Origin: an uncultured Acidobacteriota bacterium
Lineage (GTDB): Bacteria > Acidobacteriota > Vicinamibacteria > Vicinamibacterales > JAHECP01
Length of the DNA: 64,000 bases
Reading direction: 5' to 3'
NCBI GenBank assembly: GCA_963812185.1
Contig: CAWEUE010000004.1
Location: 152,457-216,456, forward strand
This document shows positions 11,186 to 20,580 of the stretch, one piece after another (position 1 is the stretch's first letter; each line of letters begins with the position of its first letter). A program made the position numbers and the translations under genes. The notes beneath the pieces were generated by a model that made no database searches, was not told the origin of the DNA, and saw nothing but the letters and a program-made list of their open reading frames with translations.

Positions 11186-11812
11186 ATGGAGAGATGGAAG
11201 GGGCTCTGCCTCGGCGCGGCGCTGGTCCTTGCGGCCGGCCCGGCCCTGGCCCAGGGAACCGGCGCGCCGGCCCAGGCCCCCCAGCCGAAGGACGTTCAGA
11301 CGAAGGCCGCCCCGGCGCCCGCGCACCCGTTTCCCGCCGACGCCACGCTCGCCTACGTGGACATGCAGCGGGTGGGGCAGGAGTCGAGCCTGGGCAAGCA
11401 GTACGCGGCCCAGATCGAGGCTCTCCGCGTGAAGTGGAGCGACAACCTCAACGAGCAGAACAAGGCGCTCCAGGCCGAGCAGCATCAGCTCGAGCAGTCC
11501 GAGTCGGTGATGAGCCCCGACGCGCGCCTCAAGCTCCAGCAGGACATCGAGGCCAAGACCCGCAAGCTCCAGTACGACACCCAGGAGGCCCAGGCCGACC
11601 TGGACAGCCTCAAGCAGGATCTCGGCCGCAAGTTCAACGCCGCGGTCAGCCCGATCCTCGAGAAGGTCGCCCTCGCGCGGCACGTGCGGCTCCTGTTCGG
11701 CCGGAGCCAGACCGACGTGGTGTGGGTCAACCCCGCGGTCGATCTGACCAGCGAGGTGGTCGCGGAGCTCGACGCGCCGCCGGGCGCCGCGGAGAAGAAG
11801 CAGCCTCAATAG
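11186..11812 (+). CDS. OmpH/Skp-family periplasmic chaperone
   Basis: Signal peptide MERWKGLCLGAALVLAAGPALAQG. Long coiled-coil Q/E/K-rich region (QIEALRVKWSDNLNEQNKALQAEQHQLEQ) typical of Skp. Confidence 0.75.
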   Translation: MERWKGLCLGAALVLAAGPALAQGTGAPAQAPQPKDVQTKAAPAPAHPFPADATLAYVDMQRVGQESSLGKQYAAQIEALRVKWSDNLNEQNKALQAEQHQLEQSESVMSPDARLKLQQDIEAKTRKLQYDTQEAQADLDSLKQDLGRKFNAAVSPILEKVALARHVRLLFGRSQTDVVWVNPAVDLTSEVVAELDAPPGAAEKKQPQ

Positions 11813-11833
11813 CGGTCAGCCGTCAGCAGTCAG
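11813..11833. repeat. Heptanucleotide tandem array (CNGTCAG x3)
   Basis: cggtcag ccgtcag cagtcag immediately after the skp stop codon. Confidence 0.6.
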
Positions 11834-11984
11834 GAAGAGCGAGGGAGCGGCGCGGGGCGGCGGGGCCCCGCTAGCGACCGAGCCGGGCGGGGTGCAGGGG
11901 ACGCCGCCGATCCCAGCTAGAGGTCGCGCCGCGCGAACGCCGTGTAGGCCACGGCGAGGGGGGGCCGGCGAGTGCATGGCGCCC

Positions 11985-12395
11985 TCACAGCATCCGGTCT
12001 CTCCCCGTGAGCTGGTCCAGGAACGAGAGCAGCGTGTCGAAGCCCTCGGGCTTGTAGAAGAGGTGCGCCCGGTAGCGCGCGATCATGCGCTCCTCGTCCT
12101 CGTCGATCACGCCGCCCGTCATGACGAGCACCGGGATGTCGGCGAGCTCCGGCCGGCCGCGCAGCGGGCGGAGCACGTCGAGGCCGGTGTGGCCGCCGGG
12201 CAGCCGCACGTCCAGGATCACGGCGAAGACATCCCGGGTGCGGACCACCTCGAGGGCCTGCTCGAAGGTGGTCGCTTCGACGGCGGAGTACCCGTAGATC
12301 TCGAGGAACCTCCGCATCGTCCGGCGGATGCCGGCGTCGTCGTCGAGCACGAGCACGGCCGGGCGGGGAGCGGGAGGGTCGGTGGTCATCGTCAC
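11985..12395 (-). CDS. Single-domain CheY-like response regulator (receiver only)
   Basis: VLVLDDD...AVILDVRLPGG...PVLVMTG...KP receiver pattern. ATG overlaps the pcnB stop (ATGA). Confidence 0.8.
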   Translation of the reverse strand: MTMTTDPPAPRPAVLVLDDDAGIRRTMRRFLEIYGYSAVEATTFEQALEVVRTRDVFAVILDVRLPGGHTGLDVLRPLRGRPELADIPVLVMTGGVIDEDEERMIARYRAHLFYKPEGFDTLLSFLDQLTGRDRML

Positions 12396-13690
12396 TCCCT
12401 GGGGCCGGTCCGGCGCGGCCGCCGCCGCCGACGCCGCCGGCGGCGGCGGCCTGCCGGGGCCGGGCCGTCGGCTGCGGGATTGTCGGGCGAACCGGCCGCG
12501 GCCGCGCGCCAGTGCTCCACCAGCTCCGGCTGGCGGCCGTGGATCTCGAGCCAGAGCAGGGCCTCGCCGAACACGGGACGGCCCATCACGTTGTGCTGCG
12601 CGCGGGGCGGCGCGGCGAGGTCGGCGAGCCGGCGCCGGAGCGCGGCCATCTGGCGCAGGCGCTCCACGTCGCGCCGGGCGATCGGCAGGATGCCGAGCGA
12701 GGGGCGCGGCTCTCGCGCCCCGTCGGGGTCGCCGTCGGGCCTTTGCGGTCGCCGGCCGATCAGGCCGAGCGGCGAGAGCAGCGTGCCGACGAGCAGCGAG
12801 TTGGTGAGCGTCTCGGGGGCCGTGGTGAACCGCGCGCGGTACTCGTCGAGCGCGCGCAGCGACTCGGTCAGCGCCGCGGACGGCCGGTGGAGCTCCGGCG
12901 TGATGTGCCGGAGCAGGCCCGACTCGCGCAGCGCCGCGAAGGTGGCCTCCGCCGCCCCCGACCGCAGGATCTTGAAATACTCCTCGAGCAGCCGCGCGGG
13001 CGCCGCCGTTCCGATGAGCGCCTGGTTGCGGCGGATGGAGGCGGCGGCCGGCGGGTCGATCGTCAGGCCGAGCCGCGTGGCCAGGACGACGGCGCGCAGC
13101 ATGCGCACCGGGTCCTCGTGGAACCGGACGTCGGGGTCGCCGATCGACCGGAGCAGCCGCGCCTCGAGGTCCTTCAGGCCGCCGACGTAGTCGATGATCG
13201 AGAACGTGGCGATGTCGTAGAAGAGCGCGTTCACCGTGAAGTCGCGGCGGAACGCGTCCTCCTCTGGCGTGCCGAACGTGTCCTGGTGGTGCGCGTGCGG
13301 CGAATCGGCGGGGGCGTCGCCGGCCGACGCCGTCTCCGGGGCGGCGCCCGCCGGCGGCTCGGGCGGGTCCGGCTCGGTCTCGGGGATCTGCCGCCGGAAC
13401 GTGGCCACCTCGATGGTGTTCGTGCCGAACTTCACGTGCGCCAGGCGGAAGCGCCGGCCGATGATCCAGCAGTTACGGAAGAGCTTCTTGATCTCGTACG
13501 GGTGGGCGCTGGTGCCGACGTCGAAGTCCTTGGGCCGGCGGCCCAGCAGCAGATCCCGGACCCCGCCGCCCACCAGGTAGGCGATGTGGCCGTGGTCCTT
13601 GAGCCGGTACAGCACCTTCAGCGCGTCGGGATCCACGTCGCGACGCGACAGCGTGTGCTGGGCCCGGGGGACGATCGTCGGCTCCACCAT
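12392..13690 (-). CDS. pcnB: Poly(A) polymerase I
   Basis: ALKVLYRLKDHGHIAYLVGGGVRDLLLGRRPKDFDVGTSAHPYEIKKLFRNCWIIGRRFRLAHVKFG closely follows the E. coli PcnB N-terminal pattern. Arg-rich C-terminal tail. Confidence 0.85.
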   Translation of the reverse strand: MVEPTIVPRAQHTLSRRDVDPDALKVLYRLKDHGHIAYLVGGGVRDLLLGRRPKDFDVGTSAHPYEIKKLFRNCWIIGRRFRLAHVKFGTNTIEVATFRRQIPETEPDPPEPPAGAAPETASAGDAPADSPHAHHQDTFGTPEEDAFRRDFTVNALFYDIATFSIIDYVGGLKDLEARLLRSIGDPDVRFHEDPVRMLRAVVLATRLGLTIDPPAAASIRRNQALIGTAAPARLLEEYFKILRSGAAEATFAALRESGLLRHITPELHRPSAALTESLRALDEYRARFTTAPETLTNSLLVGTLLSPLGLIGRRPQRPDGDPDGAREPRPSLGILPIARRDVERLRQMAALRRRLADLAAPPRAQHNVMGRPVFGEALLWLEIHGRQPELVEHWRAAAAGSPDNPAADGPAPAGRRRRRRRRRRPRRTGPRE

Positions 13691-13717
13691 GCTCGATTCC
13701 GATTATAGATGGGCGGG

Positions 13718-16399
13718 CTAGGCCTTCGCCTCTTTCCAGCTGCCCCCCACCCCCACGTCCACCGTCAGGGGGACCGCCAGGGCCGCCGCGCGCTCCATGT
13801 GGTGCCGGACCAGCGCGCCGACCTCGTCGGCCTCGGCGGCGGGCACCTCGAAGAGCAGCTCGTCGTGCACGGTCAGGATCATCCGGGCCCCCGACGCCGG
13901 GCCCCGTGCGGCGAGGGCGGCGTGGACGTCGATCATGGCCCGCTTGAGGATGTCGGCGGCCGTGCCCTGGACCGGCATGTTGACCGCCATACGCTCGGCG
14001 GCCATGCGGATCTGGCCGTTGCGGCTCGTCAGCTCCGGCAGCAGGCGGCGGCGCCCGGACAGGGTGCGGACGGCGCCGGTCTCCCGGGCGTCGGCGAGCG
14101 TGCGGTCGATGAACGTCCGGACGGCGGGGAAGCCGGCGAAGTACGCGTCGATGAACGCCTGCGCGGCGGCCTGCGGCACGCCGATGTCGCGCGCCAGGGT
14201 GAAGGCGGTCTTTCCGTAGAGCAGGGCGTAGTTGATGATCTTCGCCCGGCGCCGGAGCTCGTGGCGGTCGAGGCCGCTGGCCTCGCCGAACACGCGCGCG
14301 GCCGTCTGGTCGTGGATGTCCTCGCCGCGGCGGAACGCGTCGATGAGCGCGGCGTCGTCGGAGAGGTGGGCGAGCACGCGCAGCTCGATCTGCGAGTAGT
14401 CGGCCGAGATCAGCACCGACCCGGGCGCGGCGACGAACGCGCCGCGGATCTCGCGTCCGAGCTCGGTGCGGACCGGGATGTTCTGCAGGTTCGGCTCGCT
14501 GCTGCTCAGGCGGCCGGTGGCGGCCACCGCCTGGTTGAACGTCGTGTGCAGCCGCCCGGTCGCGGGGTTCACCAGCTGGGGCAGCGCGTCGAGGTAGGTG
14601 CCCTTCAGCTTCTGGAGGCTGCGCCACTCGAGGATCTCCCGCGGCAGCTCGTGCACGAGCGCGAGCTCCTCGAGCACGTCGACGGCGGTCGACGCCGTGC
14701 GGGTCTTGCCGGTGCGCTTGCCGGCCGGCAGCTGCAGCCGCTCGAAGAGCACCTCGGAGAGCTGCTTCGGCGAGTTGATGTTGAACTCGCCGCCGGCCAG
14801 CTCGTGGATGCGCCGCGTCCGCGTGGCGAGATCCTGCTCGAGCCGGCGCGCCTGCGCGCCGAGCGCGGCCGTGTCGAGGCGCACGCCCGCCTGCTCGATC
14901 GCCACGAGCACGGGAATGAGCGGCTGCTCCAGCTCGTCGTACACGGCGGCGAGCGCCTCCCGGTCCACGATCGGGCGCAGGACGTCCGCCAGCTGGAGCG
15001 GCAGGTCGGCGCGCTCGCTCGCGAAGTCGAGCGCCGCGTCGAGCGGCAGCTGGTCGAACCCGAGCGCCTTCGCGCCGCGTCCGCGCACGGCCTCCTCGGC
15101 GAGCGGCCGGTAGCCCAGGTGCTCGAGCGCGAGCTCCTCGAGCGGCTGGCTGGACCGGTTCGCGTCGATCACGTAGGCGAGCAGCATCGTGTCGGCCTCG
15201 AGGCCGGACAGCGCGATGCCGCGGCGCGCCAGCACGAGCGCGTCACGCTTCGCGTCGTGCGACACCTTGCGGACCTCCGGGGCCTCGAGCGCGGTCTTCA
15301 GGCGGGCGAGCGCGTCGGCCGGCGAGAACTCGGTCGCCGCGTCGAGCCCCGAGTGTCCGATCGGCACGTAGCGCGCCTGCCGCGCGCCGGTCGAGAAGGC
15401 GAGGCCGGCCACCCGGGCGACGAGCGGCGAGGCGTCGTCGGTCAGCACCCGGAGGCCGACGCGTCCGGCGCCCGCGAGCGCCGCGGCCAGGGCGTCCAGC
15501 TCGGCCTGCGTCCGCACGAGGGCGTAGTCCTTCTCGACCGTGTCGGCGGTGGGCGCGAACTCGGTGACGATCGTGCGGAAGCCCAGCGAGCCGAAGAGCG
15601 CGAAGGCGCGCTCGCGCTCGGGGCCGCGGTAGCGGAGCGCTTCCGCGTCGAAGGCGACCGGGACGTCGGTGCGGATGCGCGCCAGCTCGCGGCTCTGCCG
15701 CGCCGACTCCGCGTGGGTCTCGAGCGCCTCCCGGTACCGCTTCTGTGACACCTCTCCGGCGCGCGCGAGCAGCGCGTCGAGCGAGCCGAAGGCCGCGATG
15801 AGCTCGCGGGCCCCCTTCTCGCCGATGCCGGGCACGCCCTTGATGTTGTCGCTCGCGTCGCCCATCAGCGCGAGCGCGTCGACCACCTGCGCGGGCGTGA
15901 CCCCGAACTTCTCCGCGACGCCCGCCGCGTCGTACCAGGTGCCCTCGTCCTTCGGGTTGTAGACCTTGACGGCGCCGCCCACCAGCTGGAAGAAGTCCTT
16001 GTCGCCGGTGACGATCGCCACCTCGAAGCCGGCGTCGGCCGCCTGCCGCGCCAGCGTCCCGATGACGTCGTCGGCCTCGAACCCCTCGAAGGTCAGGACG
16101 GGCACGCCGAGCGCCGCGCACGCCTCGTGCACCCACGGGATCTGCTCGGCCAGGTCCGGCGGCATGGGCGCCCGGTTCGCCTTGTAGTCGGCGTTGAGCA
16201 CCTTGCGGAACGTCGGGCCCGCCAGATCGAACGACGCCGCGAGATGATCGGGCTGGTGGTCCGCCACGAGCTTGCGGAGCATCGCGACGAAGCCATAGAC
16301 GGCGTTGGTGGACCGTCCGTCCGGGCCGGTGAGGCCCCGGATGGCATGGTACGCCCGGTACATCTGGGAGCTGCCGTCGATGAGGTAGAGACGAGGCAT
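13718..16399 (-). CDS. polA: DNA polymerase I (5'-3' exonuclease, 3'-5' exo-like and polymerase domains)
   Basis: Start MPRLYLIDGSSQMYRAYHA (CAT at 16397-16399). Pol A motifs DYSQIELRVLAH and QGTAADI. 893 codons uninterrupted. Confidence 0.95.
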   Translation of the reverse strand: MPRLYLIDGSSQMYRAYHAIRGLTGPDGRSTNAVYGFVAMLRKLVADHQPDHLAASFDLAGPTFRKVLNADYKANRAPMPPDLAEQIPWVHEACAALGVPVLTFEGFEADDVIGTLARQAADAGFEVAIVTGDKDFFQLVGGAVKVYNPKDEGTWYDAAGVAEKFGVTPAQVVDALALMGDASDNIKGVPGIGEKGARELIAAFGSLDALLARAGEVSQKRYREALETHAESARQSRELARIRTDVPVAFDAEALRYRGPERERAFALFGSLGFRTIVTEFAPTADTVEKDYALVRTQAELDALAAALAGAGRVGLRVLTDDASPLVARVAGLAFSTGARQARYVPIGHSGLDAATEFSPADALARLKTALEAPEVRKVSHDAKRDALVLARRGIALSGLEADTMLLAYVIDANRSSQPLEELALEHLGYRPLAEEAVRGRGAKALGFDQLPLDAALDFASERADLPLQLADVLRPIVDREALAAVYDELEQPLIPVLVAIEQAGVRLDTAALGAQARRLEQDLATRTRRIHELAGGEFNINSPKQLSEVLFERLQLPAGKRTGKTRTASTAVDVLEELALVHELPREILEWRSLQKLKGTYLDALPQLVNPATGRLHTTFNQAVAATGRLSSSEPNLQNIPVRTELGREIRGAFVAAPGSVLISADYSQIELRVLAHLSDDAALIDAFRRGEDIHDQTAARVFGEASGLDRHELRRRAKIINYALLYGKTAFTLARDIGVPQAAAQAFIDAYFAGFPAVRTFIDRTLADARETGAVRTLSGRRRLLPELTSRNGQIRMAAERMAVNMPVQGTAADILKRAMIDVHAALAARGPASGARMILTVHDELLFEVPAAEADEVGALVRHHMERAAALAVPLTVDVGVGGSWKEAKA

Positions 16400-16450
16400 T
16401 CTGTTGCGGCGAGTCAGTATATCATTCAGCCAGTGCGACTTCGGCAGCTC

Positions 16451-17203
16451 ATGATTCTCCTCGTGGCGGTCGCGCTGGCCGCCTCCGGCTGCGGCCGGTA
16501 CTTCGGCCGCGACATCGAATACGAGGAGCAGATCTACCTCGATCTCGACGGCTCGGCCACGGTCGTCGTCAACGCCTCGATAGCCGCGCTCGTGGCGCTG
16601 CGGGGCCTCGACCTCGATCCCCGCCCGGGCGCCCGGCTCGACCGCGACGCGGTGAGGGCGGCCTACGAGGCGCCCGGCGTGCGCGTGCTGCGCGTCGGCC
16701 GGCCGTGGTGGCGCAACGGCCGCCGCTTCGTCCAGGTGCGGCTCGAGGTGGACGACATCCGCCGGCTGGGCGCCGATCCCCCCTTCGCCCCGGTCACCTT
16801 CCGCTTCGCGCGATCGGGCGACACCATCGAGTACCAGGAGAACGTCGGCGCGCCCGTCGGGCGGCCGGTGGGCGACGTGGGCTGGACCGGGCGCGAGCTC
16901 GTCGCCTTCCGCGCGCACCTGCCGAGCCGCATCCTCTACCACAACGTGCGCAACGTGGAGGACGGGTCGCCGGGCGACATCCAGCGGGGCAACATCCTGA
17001 GCTGGGAGCAGACGCTCGGCGACCGGCTGCGCGGCGTCCCGCTGCACATGGACGCCCGCATCGAGGCGGCGTCGATCCTGCGGACGACGCTCTGGCTGTT
17101 CGTGGCTTCGACGGCCGCGGCGCTGCTGCTGCTCGCCGGGTGGATCTGGTGGATGATCCGGCGCGGCCGGCGCGCCAACCTCGTGGCGCGCCCGCCGGCG
17201 TGA
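16451..17203 (+). CDS. Hypothetical lipoprotein with C-terminal TM anchor
   Basis: Lipobox MILLVAVALAASGC, GC3-rich coding pattern, C-terminal TM helix LWLFVASTAAALLLLAGWIWWMI. No family recognised. Confidence 0.55.
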   Translation: MILLVAVALAASGCGRYFGRDIEYEEQIYLDLDGSATVVVNASIAALVALRGLDLDPRPGARLDRDAVRAAYEAPGVRVLRVGRPWWRNGRRFVQVRLEVDDIRRLGADPPFAPVTFRFARSGDTIEYQENVGAPVGRPVGDVGWTGRELVAFRAHLPSRILYHNVRNVEDGSPGDIQRGNILSWEQTLGDRLRGVPLHMDARIEAASILRTTLWLFVASTAAALLLLAGWIWWMIRRGRRANLVARPPA

Positions 17204-17204
17204 C

Positions 17205-19016
17205 TCAGCCGACCTTCAGATCCTGCGCGACCGTGCCGCCGTCGCCGACGGTCACGCGCACGGCGCCCGGCTGCAGCGTCTGCAGGAACGACGGGTCGAA
17301 CCACTCGCCCCGCTCGACGTCGTCCACGGCGGCGAGGAAGTAGTCGCCCGGCGGCATGCCGCGGAAGCGGTAGGCGCCGGTCTGGTCGGGCTGCACGGCC
17401 TCGATCATGCGCGACTGCGGGCGCCACGTGGACGAGTCGGTGGAGAAGAGAACGACCGTGTAGCCGAAGACCGGCTGGTTGTGCGCGTCGGTGACCGAGC
17501 CGGCCACCGTGGCCAGCCGGTCGGTCAGGACGACCTGCACGCGGCTGATCGTCTGGCCGTTGCGCACGTCGAGCGGCTCGTCGGCCACGTCGCGGCCGTC
17601 GACGATCACCGACTTCAGCGACCAGCCGGCCGGCGGGCTCGGCACGCGGATGAACCGGCGGCCGGCGGGGATGCCCGTCACCTCGAACCGGCCGTCCTGG
17701 CCGACGCGGGACGTCTGGTTGCCGCCGAACGGCACCGGGTCAATCGCGGGCAGGGACACGCGGATCGCGGACAGGTCGTCGGGCGGCCGCTGGCTGGACG
17801 CGTCGAAGGCCACCACGCCCGAGATCACCGCGCCCGGCGCGAGCGCCACGACCAGGTTCCGGATGTCCTGGCCGCCGACGACGAGCGAGTGCGCGGCGTA
17901 GTTGGCGTCCTCGCCCCGGAAGGCGCGGCTGCGCGCCCAGAGGACGTAGCGGCCCGGCGGCACGTTGTCGATCGTGAAGGCGCCGTCGGCGCCGACGCGT
18001 CCCATGAGGCTGGCGCGCGAGGCGAGGTCGCTCTGGTCCTCCGCCAGGATCACGTTCCCGCCCGCGAGCGGGCTGCCGTCCACGTCCACGACCGTGCCCG
18101 ACACGCGCGCCATCGCCACGAGGCGCAGCTGGAAGTCCACGCCGCGCATCTCCTGCCCGAGCGCCAGGCTGACGGGCGTGGCCTCGGAGGGCGCGGTCAC
18201 GCCGGGGTAGAAGGTGGGCGCGTAGCCGAGCACGCCCTCCCCTGCGTCGGCCTCGGCGCCGGCCGCCTCCAGCAGCCGCGCGAACGGCCGGTTGAGCAGG
18301 CGCGAGACGGCGCTCACGTCGTAGTCGCCCGGCGGCAGGCCGTAGACGCGGTACACGCCGCGGTCGTCGGTCTGGTCGCTGCCCGCCGGCACGAGCCGGC
18401 GCTCGCCGTTCTGGTACTGGTAGCGCAGGACCGTCACCGCCACGCGCGCGATCGGCTCGGCGTCCTCGTCGAGGACCTGCCCCGTGATGACGCTGCCGCG
18501 CGGCAGGCTGAAGCTGATGTTCGTGACCGCCTGCCCGTCGGCGACCTCGACGGGCGTGCCGGGTCTGAGCGGGCGGCGCTGGCCGTAGACGACGTCCACG
18601 AAACCGGTCTTCGACGCCGTCACCATGTAGCGCCCGGCGGGCAGGTCGCGGATCTCGTAGCGTCCCTGCTCGTCGGTCTGGGCGGTCCGCATCATGCCGA
18701 GCGCGGCGCGCAGCGGGCCCATCCCGCCGCCGCGGCTGCCCCTCTGGCCGAGGCGGCCGCCCATGGCGCCCGGCGCCCCGCCGCCGGCGAGCATCTCGGC
18801 CAGCTGGTTCGCCTGGGCGCTGCCGCTCACGACGATCCGGACGCGCTTGAGCGGGCGGCCCGTGTCGGCCGCCACCACGATCCCCGAGACGACCGCCGTG
18901 CCGGACGCCTGGCTCGGCGCGGACTGGTCGCGGGCCGGCTGCTGCGCGCCGAGCGAGACGGCCAGGACGGCCACGCCGGCCGTCACGAACGCCGCGGTGA
19001 GTGAACGGTGTGCCAT
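17205..19016 (-). CDS. Secreted protein built of repeated carboxypeptidase-regulatory-like (CarboxypepD_reg) domains
   Basis: Signal peptide, then repeated GxVxDxxGxPLxGxxV modules (VSGIVVAADTGRPLKRVRIVV, ITGQVLDEDAEPIARVAV, VSGTVVDVDGSPLAGGNVIL, VAGSVTDAHNQPVFGYTVVL). Confidence 0.7.
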   Translation of the reverse strand: MAHRSLTAAFVTAGVAVLAVSLGAQQPARDQSAPSQASGTAVVSGIVVAADTGRPLKRVRIVVSGSAQANQLAEMLAGGGAPGAMGGRLGQRGSRGGGMGPLRAALGMMRTAQTDEQGRYEIRDLPAGRYMVTASKTGFVDVVYGQRRPLRPGTPVEVADGQAVTNISFSLPRGSVITGQVLDEDAEPIARVAVTVLRYQYQNGERRLVPAGSDQTDDRGVYRVYGLPPGDYDVSAVSRLLNRPFARLLEAAGAEADAGEGVLGYAPTFYPGVTAPSEATPVSLALGQEMRGVDFQLRLVAMARVSGTVVDVDGSPLAGGNVILAEDQSDLASRASLMGRVGADGAFTIDNVPPGRYVLWARSRAFRGEDANYAAHSLVVGGQDIRNLVVALAPGAVISGVVAFDASSQRPPDDLSAIRVSLPAIDPVPFGGNQTSRVGQDGRFEVTGIPAGRRFIRVPSPPAGWSLKSVIVDGRDVADEPLDVRNGQTISRVQVVLTDRLATVAGSVTDAHNQPVFGYTVVLFSTDSSTWRPQSRMIEAVQPDQTGAYRFRGMPPGDYFLAAVDDVERGEWFDPSFLQTLQPGAVRVTVGDGGTVAQDLKVG

Positions 19017-19096
19017 GTGCGGTTCCCCTGCCTGGACCGGGCCCTCGTGCGTTGGACCATCGGCCGGGCCGGAAGCTTCCCTCGTGCCCCCCGCGC

Positions 19097-19125
19097 TTGC
19101 ACGGGCGGGCCCGTTTCACTACAGT
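19097..19125 (+). promoter_or_regulatory. Possible sigma70-type promoter (TTGCAC-17-TACAGT) for the GNAT gene
   Basis: Hexamers read directly; spacing is 17 nt. Confidence 0.3.
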
Positions 19126-19194
19126 TCTCTTTTCGGAACCCGTGCCGCCCGCGGTGCCGTGGGCGTCTCGTACCGGCCGCCCGAAGGACTCATC

Positions 19195-19797
19195 ATGCCC
19201 TCACCGAACCTCGGCGCCAAGCCCACCGTCCTCCGGTGCTCCCGCTGCGGACGCTTCGTCGACTGGGAGGACGCGCGCCTGCAGACCGTGTGCGGCTGCC
19301 GCGCCTACGTGAAGCTGCCGACGGTCATCATCCGTGAGGGCGAGGAGCGCGACCAGCCGGGGATCACGGCGCTCTTCGAGCGTGACTTCGGCAACACCAA
19401 CATCGTGTCGTTCGGCGAGGAGGTCGTGCTCGACGGCGCGCCCGCGCTCGTCGCGTGGATGAAGGGCGAGCTCGCCGGGGCGCTCGCGTACCGGCTGCTG
19501 CCGGACGCGCTGCTCATCCTCGCGCTGGCGACCGATCCGATGTGGCAGCGCTCGGGCGTCGGCGGCCACCTCGTGGCCGAGGGCGAGGCCCTCGCGCGCA
19601 GCCGCGGTCTGGGCTGCCTGCGCGTCTCCACGACCAACGACAACCTGCCCGCCCTCTACTTCTACCAGCGGCGGAGCTTCTTCGTCACCGAGGTCGTGCC
19701 GGGCGGGCTGCTGGGCCACATCAAGGAGCCGGGTGCGGTGGGGTTCGGCGGGATCCCGCCGCGCGACGAGATCCGGATGGAGCGGCGCTTCGAGTAG
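19195..19797 (+). CDS. GNAT-family N-acetyltransferase with N-terminal Cys-rich (zinc-ribbon-like) segment
   Basis: CSRCGRF...VCGCRAY at the N-terminus. GNAT motif A region LATDPMWQRSGVGGHLVAEGEALARSRG ... LYFYQRRSF. Confidence 0.7.
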   Translation: MPSPNLGAKPTVLRCSRCGRFVDWEDARLQTVCGCRAYVKLPTVIIREGEERDQPGITALFERDFGNTNIVSFGEEVVLDGAPALVAWMKGELAGALAYRLLPDALLILALATDPMWQRSGVGGHLVAEGEALARSRGLGCLRVSTTNDNLPALYFYQRRSFFVTEVVPGGLLGHIKEPGAVGFGGIPPRDEIRMERRFE

Positions 19798-19818
19798 GGG
19801 CGATCCCCGGATCGCCCC
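19797..19818. terminator. GC-rich palindromic hairpin between convergent genes (bidirectional terminator candidate)
   Basis: GGGGCGATCC-CC-GGATCGCCCC, perfect 10-nt arms, starting in the GNAT stop codon. Confidence 0.5.
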
Positions 19819-19830
19819 CACCCTTCCTGC

Positions 19831-20397
19831 CTAGGTCATCTTCTCCAGCTGGGCCTGCACCTCGGCGTCGGTCTTGAGGTCGTTCTTGACCGAAAGCGCG
19901 TTGAACTGCGTCGCGATCGACCGGGCCAGCATCTTCTCGACCTTCGAGTTGACCACGCCGGTGAGCGTCACCCTGCCGTTCTCGACGATGACGTGAATCG
20001 GAGGGTTCACCATCGCCGCGTAGGTCCAGAACGACGGGTTGCCGTAGATGGCGCGGGCGATCTGGTACCGGAGTCCGTCATCGAACATGGACACCGGCAG
20101 TACCTCGATCTTGTCGACCACCCCGGTGACGCCCTCGACCTTCGCCACGCGCTTCTGAATTTCCGTCGACTTGAACGGCATCGTCACCTTGCCGTAGAGC
20201 GTGACGACTCCGTCGTGCACCGACGCGCTGACGTCGTCGAAGATCGTGTAGTAGGCGTACCGCTGCACCTGCCGCGACACGTCGTTGAAGATCTGCAAAC
20301 TCTTTCGCGGACGCACCTGGTCCGGCGCCGCCGACGCAATCGCGGCGACTCCGAGCAGGGCGAGCACGAGAACTGACGAAACGAGGGGCTTCCGCAT
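19831..20397 (-). CDS. Periplasmic protein with two BON domains
   Basis: Signal peptide. Two units of the pattern V...GVVTLYGKV...VAKVEGVTGVVDKIEV and VIVENGRVTLTGVV...IATQFNALSVKNDL. Confidence 0.75.
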   Translation of the reverse strand: MRKPLVSSVLVLALLGVAAIASAAPDQVRPRKSLQIFNDVSRQVQRYAYYTIFDDVSASVHDGVVTLYGKVTMPFKSTEIQKRVAKVEGVTGVVDKIEVLPVSMFDDGLRYQIARAIYGNPSFWTYAAMVNPPIHVIVENGRVTLTGVVNSKVEKMLARSIATQFNALSVKNDLKTDAEVQAQLEKMT

Positions 20398-20580
20398 GAC
20401 TCACCTCCTGGCCGTCACTGTTCTTGGCCAGGTTCGTGGCGCTGACGTTCGCCACTCACTTCTGTAGCAAGGCTGGTGCCAGGAGGTGCTCGCCACGCAT
20501 GTGCCTGCGCGCGCACAGGTTGGGCAGCGGCGCCTGATCCGGGAGCGTCCTGTGGAGGGGCCGTTGCTGTCCCCTGAGGG

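Noticed and set aside
13709-15748. Long ORFs antisense to or overlapping recognisable genes. Examples: 295..1539(-), 5007..6257(-), 6106..7569(-), 8011..10179(+), 13709..15748(+), 27606..29744(-), 40133..42607(+), 47068..49101(-), 57949..59523(+).
   Set aside because: These are typical high-GC shadow ORFs. They are Arg/Gly/Pro/Ala-dominated with no motif of any family. Each is fully overlapped by a gene with strong family signatures and proper GC3 codon bias on the other strand or frame.
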